Part shown: piece by piece, positions 10,127-17,128 of the stretch
Layout of the letters: the number at the start of each line of letters is the position of its first letter
Position numbering within the stretch: the first letter of the stretch is position 1
Assembly: GCA_028122735.1 (NCBI GenBank)
Contig: JAOHSR010000004.1
Location: 175 to 64,174 of the forward strand
Source: Flavobacteriales bacterium
Lineage (GTDB): Bacteria > Bacteroidota > Bacteroidia > Flavobacteriales > BACL11
Length of the DNA stretch: 64,000 nucleotides
Direction: 5' to 3'
Translations under genes and position numbers: made by a program
The notes under the pieces: generated by a model
The model's database searches: none
The model's input: the letters and a program-made list of their open reading frames with translations, nothing else
Told to the model about the DNA's origin: nothing

Positions 10127-10279
10127 TTATTTTTTTCTTAAAGATTCTTTGATTTTTTTAATTCTATTTAATCTCAACTTAGTTTTTAAAGATATTTTAT
10201 CGCCTTCATTTTTTATTGCTCGACTTATTCGTTTTTGTAGTTGATGCATCTTATGTATTAGCGTTCCCTTGTCGTTCAT
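10127..10279 (-). CDS. small basic ORF (50 aa), hypothetical
   Basis: Below the ORF-track cut-off. ATG (cat at 10277-10279) to TAA (10127-10129) gives MNDKGTLIHKMHQLQKRISRAIKNEGDKISLKTKLRLNRIKKIKESLRKK. It fills an otherwise empty 173-nt gap, with no homology evidence. Confidence 0.25.
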   Translation of the reverse strand: MNDKGTLIHKMHQLQKRISRAIKNEGDKISLKTKLRLNRIKKIKESLRKK

Positions 10280-10289
10280 AGTATAAAAG

Positions 10290-11462
10290 TTATTGTTTAA
10301 AATCTAGTTGAGTAAAAATCTTGTACATAAATATATAAAATAATGTAATTGAAAAGATAAACATATAAGAATCAAATAACATTAAAAAAAGCATAAATGA
10401 TGGAAGAAGTATCTTTTGAGTATTAAATAAATCTTTATTCAAAAGTTCTTTAATTTGAAAATAAAAAATAGATAGAAAGAATAATAAGCCTATAAAGCCT
10501 AATTCAAAAAGAATGTATAAATAATTATTATGTGGGGTCTTATGTTTGTTAAGATCGTATTTAGTTTTTGTTTCTTTTTTAAAAACAGAAATGAAAGAGC
10601 CTGTTCCATAGCCAAGAATTGGTTTTTTACTTACAAGCTGCAAGCCTTTTTTAGTAAAAAGATAGCGAATATCTTTTTCAACACTATTTTTATTTTTTTT
10701 CTGTCCATCATTCTGCACAACATGCGTTAAGTGATCTACCCTATGCTTAAAAATACTAGAATTCTTGTAAGATAAGAAATTGACAAATGTTAAAAATAGA
10801 ATAATTAAAATAGAAAATTTAAGTTTTGATCTTAATAAAAAGACAGCGTATAAAATGAAAAAGACATTAAACGTTAATTGTCCTGCTCTGCCTGCTTCAT
10901 TAAAAATACTATATGAGTAAATCAATATCAATAATAGATACAAAAAAGAATATTTTGATTTTGATTTCAAAAACATTAAGAAAGATAATAAAGCAGAAAA
11001 CGAGAGAAGTATATTGTGATAATTATATTTTAAAAATGCAGTTATTGCAGAATTATCAAAAATTGGATTTATGAAATCATAATTTATTCCAACTGCAACT
11101 ATTGCAGAAGTAAGATTTGAAACTAAAAAAGCGTGTAAAGCCAAAATATATGTTTTAGGCTTTAATTCAGATGTCACAATTGGTATAAAGAACAGCAGTA
11201 ATAGTACACGCTTTAAAACATAGCTATAATCATTATGCATATCACCATATAGCATGCCTAAAAAATAGAAAAATACAAGTAAAAGAAGTGAGCTAATCCA
11301 TTTTACTGATTTTATTTCTTTGATTTTTTTTGAAAAATCACCCTCAAAAATCCAAGTAAGCAAATAAACTACAATTAAAATATTTGTAAATGCTACTGAA
11401 ATGGGTATTGAAAACCCTAATAAAATAAAAAAGAAATTCTTTAAATCAGATATTCTATTCAT
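10290..11462 (-). CDS. O-antigen ligase/polymerase-like (Wzy_C) membrane protein
   Basis: About 10-12 TM segments with a periplasmic loop followed by HNNYLYILFELGFIGLLFF, typical of the O-antigen ligase family. Located near waaA. Confidence 0.7.
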   Translation of the reverse strand: MNRISDLKNFFFILLGFSIPISVAFTNILIVVYLLTWIFEGDFSKKIKEIKSVKWISSLLLLVFFYFLGMLYGDMHNDYSYVLKRVLLLLFFIPIVTSELKPKTYILALHAFLVSNLTSAIVAVGINYDFINPIFDNSAITAFLKYNYHNILLSFSALLSFLMFLKSKSKYSFLYLLLILIYSYSIFNEAGRAGQLTFNVFFILYAVFLLRSKLKFSILIILFLTFVNFLSYKNSSIFKHRVDHLTHVVQNDGQKKNKNSVEKDIRYLFTKKGLQLVSKKPILGYGTGSFISVFKKETKTKYDLNKHKTPHNNYLYILFELGFIGLLFFLSIFYFQIKELLNKDLFNTQKILLPSFMLFLMLFDSYMFIFSITLFYIFMYKIFTQLDFKQ

Positions 11463-11530
11463 TAAATCTATTTATTAAATATAACGACTAAAGATCGCTT
11501 TTATTTAAACAAATCTAATTTAATTATCAA

Positions 11531-13006
11531 TTATCTTAATGATTTAAGAAAGGTATTTGCTGTAGAAATATGTAAATTCTTTTTTTCATCATCCATTTTA
11601 TCAAATAGATTAATCATAAATTTCATTCTAATATTTTTTGCTAATTTTTGCCTATGCTTATCAATAAATCTCCAGTAAAGAGCATCCCAAATAACAGCCC
11701 ATGGACCGTTCTTGTAATTACTCATTTTTTTTATGTAATTGCTACTACTGATATATGGCTTACTAGACATTAAACCACCATCTGAAAACTGACTCATCCC
11801 GTATATATTAGGAACCATTACCCAGTCATACGCATCTACATATAGTTCCATAAACCATTTATAAATATCATTTGGATTTATCTCACATAGCAACATAAAA
11901 TTGCCTAATATCATTAATCTTTCTATATGGTTTGAATAGGCATTCTGCAAAACTTTTTTCACACAATTATCAAATGGGAAGACTCCAGTTGATCCATCAT
12001 AAAATGACTTTGGCATTTTTCTGTTAAAATCAAAAAAATTACTATTGCGCTGCTGGACTCCTTTGTAGTGATAAACTCCACGAATAAATTCTCTCCATCC
12101 TATAATTTGCCTTATAAAACCTTCTAAAGAATTTATTGGAATATCATTCTTATACTTTAAAACCTCTGAAATCACTTCATTTGGAGTAATCAATCCAATA
12201 TTAAGCATTGGAGATAACACGCTATGGTTTAAAAAAACTTCGTCTACCATTACTGCATCTTCATAATCTCCAAATTCTTTAAATCTAAATTTAATAAATT
12301 GCTCAAGCCATTGCTTGGCAGAAGAATGTGTGCATGGATAATTTATTTGCTCATTAATATTTCCATAATTATTATCAAAGTACTTGTTTACGTATTTTTT
12401 GGCTTCTTTATAAATAGTGTCTTTTGTTGGGAAATTAATTTGGGGAGCAATCTTATCTTTTGGATATTTTTTTCTATTGTCAGTATCAAAACTCCACTTA
12501 TCCCCTACAGGCTTATCGTCTTCATTTAATAATATCTTCATTTTTTTTCTTTGTGAAATATAAAATGAGGTTTGAAAAAAATTTTTTTGTTTGTTCTTAA
12601 AAAATGAATCCAAGTCTAATAATGTATTTATGAATTGAGGATTATTAAAAATTTCGATTGAAACATTGTGTTTATTCACTAACTGATTTATTCTACTGAG
12701 TAAATAATTATCATCAGGATTAATCATTTCAAAATTATTATATTTAGAAGAGATAAGATATTTGATCAATAATCTAACATCAGAAATGTCATCATGATTA
12801 TTTACATATTCAACATCAAAACCATTTTTAACTAAAAAATTAAAGTAAAACTGCATAGATGAACGATGAAATAATATCTTTTGCTTGTGAAAAAGATATT
12901 GACTAAAAAAAAGAGATTCTTCTACCAAAAAAACTTTTGCAGTTTTATCAACCCAATCTGTATTTTCAAATAACTGATGAGGGAAAATTAGGACAGCTTT
13001 TTTCAT
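11531..13006 (-). CDS. cryptochrome/photolyase-family protein, COG3046 / prokaryotic (6-4) photolyase (FeS-BCP)-related
   Basis: N-terminus MKKAVLIFPHQLF..VFLVEE..FHKQKILFHRSSM and C-terminal HIERLMILGNFMLL..DAYDWVMVPNIYGMSQFSDGG..KPYISSSNYIKKMSNY match this family. Confidence 0.8.
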   Translation of the reverse strand: MKKAVLIFPHQLFENTDWVDKTAKVFLVEESLFFSQYLFHKQKILFHRSSMQFYFNFLVKNGFDVEYVNNHDDISDVRLLIKYLISSKYNNFEMINPDDNYLLSRINQLVNKHNVSIEIFNNPQFINTLLDLDSFFKNKQKNFFQTSFYISQRKKMKILLNEDDKPVGDKWSFDTDNRKKYPKDKIAPQINFPTKDTIYKEAKKYVNKYFDNNYGNINEQINYPCTHSSAKQWLEQFIKFRFKEFGDYEDAVMVDEVFLNHSVLSPMLNIGLITPNEVISEVLKYKNDIPINSLEGFIRQIIGWREFIRGVYHYKGVQQRNSNFFDFNRKMPKSFYDGSTGVFPFDNCVKKVLQNAYSNHIERLMILGNFMLLCEINPNDIYKWFMELYVDAYDWVMVPNIYGMSQFSDGGLMSSKPYISSSNYIKKMSNYKNGPWAVIWDALYWRFIDKHRQKLAKNIRMKFMINLFDKMDDEKKNLHISTANTFLKSLR

Positions 13007-13008
13007 TT

Positions 13009-13647
13009 TTATTTATTATTAAATTTGGGTAATTCATCTACTCTTGCATATGGATAATCTGTGATTTTTTTAAGCTTATAATACTCACTCAAACCTCCTA
13101 TCCCAACTCCTTTTGATTTCTCTAAATCTAATATGTAATTATCATTAATTGTTGATGAATCTAATATCAGGAGCTCGATTTGCCCAATTACTAATGTGGA
13201 TTTATTACTATTTATCGGTATAATTTCTTTTAAATGCAATCCTATTTTCACACTACTTTCTTTAACAAATGGTGCTGAAAAATCACTATGATAAATCTCA
13301 TTCAAACCACACATTTTAAATTCAGATATCTCTTTGGGAAATTTAGCAGATGTGTAATGTGCTTTCTCTACTATCTCAGTGGAAACATGATTAATTGTAA
13401 AACACTTTGTTTCTATTATGTTTTTTAAAGTATGACGACCCAATTTAATTGCAGGTCTTGTAATAAATCCTAAAAGTGGGGGTTTGGAGCCTAGGTGAAC
13501 GACTGAACTAAAAATTGCGAGGTTAGAAAAACCGTCTTTACTTTTAGTTCCTATTAAATTTGATGGTTTTACTCCAGTTATAGAGTTGATCAAATTTAGC
13601 CTTGAAATTTTATCCATTTGCTGTATGTCATTCAAGCTTAAATACAT
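13009..13647 (-). CDS. flavin reductase-like (FMN-binding split-barrel) protein
   Basis: LINSITGVKPSNLIGTKSKDGFSNLAIFSSVVHLGSKPPLLGF...KNIIETKCFTINHV...EFKMCGL...APFVKESSV follows the COG1853 flavin-reductase pattern. Lies 2-3 nt from both neighbours. Confidence 0.75.
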   Translation of the reverse strand: MYLSLNDIQQMDKISRLNLINSITGVKPSNLIGTKSKDGFSNLAIFSSVVHLGSKPPLLGFITRPAIKLGRHTLKNIIETKCFTINHVSTEIVEKAHYTSAKFPKEISEFKMCGLNEIYHSDFSAPFVKESSVKIGLHLKEIIPINSNKSTLVIGQIELLILDSSTINDNYILDLEKSKGVGIGGLSEYYKLKKITDYPYARVDELPKFNNK

Positions 13648-13650
13648 AGT

Positions 13651-14724
13651 CTAATATTTTAATTCTTTTTTGGCCTTATTCCAGTAAGAAAAAAAGGAAG
13701 GATGGTAGCCTTTAACTGAAGTTAACCAATCTCTTGAATCTTCAACACCTCTGTAATTAATATTTAATGGATGTTGTTTGTAATATATAAAATTTTTGAA
13801 ATTTTTAGTGAGTTCACTGAATTCACCTGAAAAAATTTTTATTTCTGGAATTTCGTTTGATAATTTCAAAAGAAAATCAATTGCCTTATCGCAAACTGGA
13901 TATTTACTGAATATTGACGGCTCTAGCAATAAAATTCTATTAGAATCTATATTTTTTCGCCAATTTGGATCTGTATTATAGTAATTATAAATGCATAAAG
14001 GTTTATTATTATCCAAATCAAAATCTTCAGAATTTGGTAGATTACAAGATAAGTTAAAATCTGTTAATTCTGTAAATGATTCTGGGGGATTTATTTCTTC
14101 TAGCAAATTGTAATCAACATCTATAAATGTATTTTCCTGTAAAACCCTTGAATACTTATTTAAATTTTCTTGATTAAAATAATATTTTTTATTTCTACTA
14201 GCTCCTGAAACCCATTGCCAATTTAGTGCATTTGAACCAACGTCACCATCAAGTAAATAGTAATACATCCATTTTGAAGGAGTTAAGAAATGACAATTAC
14301 TAAAATTACATATTAAAGAAGCAATATACATTCTAAAATGATTATGCATGTAACCATTTTTGTATAAATTAAGAATTTCATTATCTATAGCCTTAATTGA
14401 TGTTTTAGCATTTAAAATTGGAATAGGAATACCTTTTTCATTTAAGGATATATTTTCTTTTAGACTGACTTCAACATTTTTTTCATTCCATATTATTTGA
14501 AAATAATCTCTCCACGCTAACTCCTGAACAAATTTTTCTATTTCTTTGATAGTTGAAAAGTTCTTTTTTAAAATTTCAAAAACTTGAAAAGTAGAAATAA
14601 ATCCTCTAGAAATGTATGGGGATAAACGAGATACTTCTCCATCAATATAATTTCTTGAGTAAGAATATTTTTTAGCATCAAACTTTTTAATTTTTTTGAC
14701 AATCTTTTCAAATAAAACACTCAT
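13651..14724 (-). CDS. photolyase/cryptochrome FAD-binding-domain protein lacking the N-terminal alpha/beta domain
   Basis: Starts directly with FAD_binding_7 motifs: YSRNYIDGEVSRLSPYISRGFIS, ELAWRDYFQ, GYMHNHFRMYIAS, LLDGDVGSNALNWQWVSGAS. These are followed by about 165 aa of unassigned sequence. Confidence 0.75.
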   Translation of the reverse strand: MSVLFEKIVKKIKKFDAKKYSYSRNYIDGEVSRLSPYISRGFISTFQVFEILKKNFSTIKEIEKFVQELAWRDYFQIIWNEKNVEVSLKENISLNEKGIPIPILNAKTSIKAIDNEILNLYKNGYMHNHFRMYIASLICNFSNCHFLTPSKWMYYYLLDGDVGSNALNWQWVSGASRNKKYYFNQENLNKYSRVLQENTFIDVDYNLLEEINPPESFTELTDFNLSCNLPNSEDFDLDNNKPLCIYNYYNTDPNWRKNIDSNRILLLEPSIFSKYPVCDKAIDFLLKLSNEIPEIKIFSGEFSELTKNFKNFIYYKQHPLNINYRGVEDSRDWLTSVKGYHPSFFSYWNKAKKELKY

Positions 14725-14821
14725 ATATATATCTTTTTACAAATAAAGTTATACAAAAATATTAATTATTATTAGATAAATAACTATATTTGCATAGATA
14801 TTTATAATATAAGTTATATTA

Positions 14822-15238
14822 ATGTTATTAAGCATAAATAATGATCCAGAAGCAAATCACAAATTAGTTGATGAAATTAGTGGCAAAGCCTTTAGTTGGT
14901 ATCAAAGATTAGTGTCAAAAAACTTTGGATCATCAAAATATATTTTAAAAAGTATTGATTCAAATAGTTTTGAAATCAATCTGCATGAATATAATGATGT
15001 TGTAAGCACAAATTTTGATTTGAGAAAAAACGGAATAGTCTTTTTTTTTAGATTTAAGCAGCAAGAATTTGCTGAATCTTGTATTTATGAAAAAATAACA
15101 ATTCAATCAAGTGACAGAATCTTTGTAATTCAAACTGATAAAAATCTTTACAAATTCGAAATTATAAATACTAAAAAGCATTTAAGTTTTATCAAAAACT
15201 TATTTAATTTCAAAAATAATAAAAAATTAAAATCATGA
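14822..15238 (+). CDS. hypothetical protein
   Basis: 138-aa ORF divergent from the photolyase operon. Its stop overlaps the next start (ATGA). No recognisable motif. Confidence 0.5.
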   Translation: MLLSINNDPEANHKLVDEISGKAFSWYQRLVSKNFGSSKYILKSIDSNSFEINLHEYNDVVSTNFDLRKNGIVFFFRFKQQEFAESCIYEKITIQSSDRIFVIQTDKNLYKFEIINTKKHLSFIKNLFNFKNNKKLKS

Positions 15239-16518
15239 AAAAAAGCACAATAACATGTGACATGGAAGGAAGAATATTAACGATGAATGATGGCGCAGTA
15301 CAGATATTTGGATATTCTAAAAAAGAAATAATTGGGAAAAAAAGAGTATCGCTTTTCTCGCCTGGTGAAATTGTTTTACAAAATGTTGCAGGTTGGTTAG
15401 ATGATGCCGTTAAGCATGGAGAGTATGTTGGAAAAACATATTTTATAAATAAAAACAAAGAAAAAATTAATGCAAAAATTAGAATCACCCCAACATTTGC
15501 AAATGGTAAAGATAAAGCACAAACAGGATATTGTGGAGTTACTGAAGTAATTAATGATGATGTTGAAGTACCAATTAATTTTTCTACTAAACTTATCAAA
15601 GGATTAGCAATTACTAGAATGCCATTTACTTCTGCATCTATTCTACCAATCTTGGCAGTAGGTGCTTATTTTGCTGGCATTGGAGATAATTTGTTTAATC
15701 TAACAAACTTTATATTATGTATTATTGGTGTCATGATTGCGCATTTAAGTTCTAATGTTTTAAATGATTATTTTGATGTAAAAGATGGAACAGATGAAGA
15801 AAATAGTGATTATTTTCAACAAGTGTCAGGTGGTAGTAGAGCTATAGAACTTGGACTTATAACATTAAAAGGAACTAAAAAACTTGGTTTCATATTAACA
15901 GCAGTAGCACTTTTAATAGGTGGAATAATTTTGTTTTCAACAAATCCTGCAAATATAAGTTCAGTAATAATTTGCGCATTAGCAGGATTATTTCTAGGCT
16001 ATTTTTACACAGCCCCACCATTAAGATTAGTTGCTAGAAAAGGATTGGGAGAGTTAACAATATTTTTAACTTTTGGGCCCTTAATCACTCTAGGTACTGC
16101 ATTTGCAATATTTGATGGTGACCTTAACTCAACTGAACATTTAATCAACTGCCTTTACATTGGAATACCAATGGGGCTATTGACAACTAATATTCTCTTA
16201 ATAAATGAATTTCCTGATATGGAAAGTGATAAAAAAACACATAAAAATCATTTAGTTGTAACTTTTGGAAAAGAAAAAAGCAGGTGGATCTACCTCTTTA
16301 TATTAGTACTATCTATTTTCTTCACATATATATTAGCAACTAAAATTGAAAATACTTTAATACTTATCTCTCTTGGATTACTATTAATATATGGAGGATA
16401 TGTTTTTTCAGTTTTGTACAATAAATATAATTCACGAGAATTAGTAAGTGCAAATTGGGGAACTATAGTTATGCAAGCTGTATACTGCATAATCATTTGT
16501 TTAACTTTAATATTTTAA
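15235..16518 (+). CDS. PAS domain fused to a UbiA-family (MenA-like) polyprenyltransferase
   Basis: Residues ~5-105 form a PAS fold (ITCDMEGRILTMNDGAVQIFGYSKKEIIGKK...). The remaining ~310 aa have about 8-9 TM segments with the Asp-rich motif NVLNDYFDVKDGTDEEN, typical of MenA/UbiA. Confidence 0.8.
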   Translation: MKKSTITCDMEGRILTMNDGAVQIFGYSKKEIIGKKRVSLFSPGEIVLQNVAGWLDDAVKHGEYVGKTYFINKNKEKINAKIRITPTFANGKDKAQTGYCGVTEVINDDVEVPINFSTKLIKGLAITRMPFTSASILPILAVGAYFAGIGDNLFNLTNFILCIIGVMIAHLSSNVLNDYFDVKDGTDEENSDYFQQVSGGSRAIELGLITLKGTKKLGFILTAVALLIGGIILFSTNPANISSVIICALAGLFLGYFYTAPPLRLVARKGLGELTIFLTFGPLITLGTAFAIFDGDLNSTEHLINCLYIGIPMGLLTTNILLINEFPDMESDKKTHKNHLVVTFGKEKSRWIYLFILVLSIFFTYILATKIENTLILISLGLLLIYGGYVFSVLYNKYNSRELVSANWGTIVMQAVYCIIICLTLIF

Positions 16519-16521
16519 AAC

Positions 16522-16857
16522 ATGTTTACTAAAAAAAACTGCATCCCATGTCAAGGTGGTATACCACCTTTAAATAATTCTGAAATAAAATCTTTTAAAA
16601 AACTTGTAGATGAAAGCTGGAGAGTTTCAGAGTCTAAAAAAATAATTAGTGAGTTTAATTTCTCAGAATATCCTAAGGCAATTAAATTCACAAACCAGAT
16701 TGCTGATTTGGCTGAAAAAGAGGGACATCATCCATACATCCATATTAATTTCAAAACTGTAAAAGTGATATTATTTACACACAAGATTGACGGACTTCAT
16801 GAAAATGATTTTTTAATGGCTAGTAAGATAGATAAATTATTTAGCCAACAGATTTAA
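16522..16857 (+). CDS. phhB: pterin-4-alpha-carbinolamine dehydratase
   Basis: 111 aa with CIPCQGGIPPL at the N-terminus and the catalytic block EGHHPYIHINFKTVKVILFTH. Confidence 0.9.
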   Translation: MFTKKNCIPCQGGIPPLNNSEIKSFKKLVDESWRVSESKKIISEFNFSEYPKAIKFTNQIADLAEKEGHHPYIHINFKTVKVILFTHKIDGLHENDFLMASKIDKLFSQQI

Positions 16858-16874
16858 GAAAATTAAAGAAACAT

Positions 16875-16908
16875 AAAAAAAAGGCTGAAGTTATCTTCAG
16901 CCTTTTTT
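16875..16908. terminator. bidirectional rho-independent terminator hairpin
   Basis: A-run, a 10-bp perfect stem aaggctgaag/cttcagcctt with loop ttat, then a T-run. Lies between phhB (+) and tRNA-Leu (-). Confidence 0.65.
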
Positions 16909-16909
16909 G

Positions 16910-16995
16910 TACCCGGGACGGGACTTGAACCCGTACGAGCATTACTGCTCATTGGATTTTAAGTCCAACGTGTCTACCAATTCCACCACCCGGGC
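16910..16995 (-). tRNA. tRNA-Leu (anticodon UAA)
   Basis: The reverse complement GCCCGGGTGGTGGAATTGGTAGACACGTTGGACTTAAAATCCAATGAGCAGTAATGCTCGTACGGGTTCAAGTCCCGTCCCGGGTA folds as a class II cloverleaf with a long variable arm. Anticodon loop is CT-TAA-AA. Confidence 0.9.
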
Positions 16996-17011
16996 AACAT
17001 TTCATTTAAAA

Positions 17012-17083
17012 GAACTTTTTGAGCGAGTGATGGGATTCGAACCCACGACCCTCACCTTGGCAAGGTGATGCTCTACCCCTGAG
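17012..17083 (-). tRNA. tRNA-Gly (anticodon GCC)
   Basis: The reverse complement is GCGAGTGTAGCTCAGGGGTAGAGCATCACCTTGCCAAGGTGAGGGTCGTGGGTTCGAATCCCATCACTCGCT. Acceptor stem GCGAGTG/CACTCGC, anticodon loop TT-GCC-AA, T-loop TTCGAAT. Confidence 0.9.
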
Positions 17084-17128
17084 CTACACTCGCGTCAGGT
17101 CGGCAAATTTAGTTAATTATTCAATATT

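Noticed and set aside
14785-14792. Bacteroidota -7 promoter consensus TAnnTTTG. Hits at 14785-14792 (TATATTTG, upstream of the 14822 gene), 30822-30829 (TAATTTTG, upstream of etfB) and 58846-58853 (TATATTTG, upstream of the PPTase gene).
   Set aside because: In DNA this AT-rich the 8-mer occurs frequently by chance, and I did not find convincing, properly spaced -33 TTTG partners. They are plausible promoters but not supportable as features.
16858-17128. tRNA-Leu/tRNA-Gly pair (and tRNA-Leu at 41456-41537) as integration sites for genomic islands or prophages.
   Set aside because: There is no integrase, no direct repeat of a tRNA 3' end, and no atypical gene content on either side. The flanks are phhB/mutS and tig/DUF3127.
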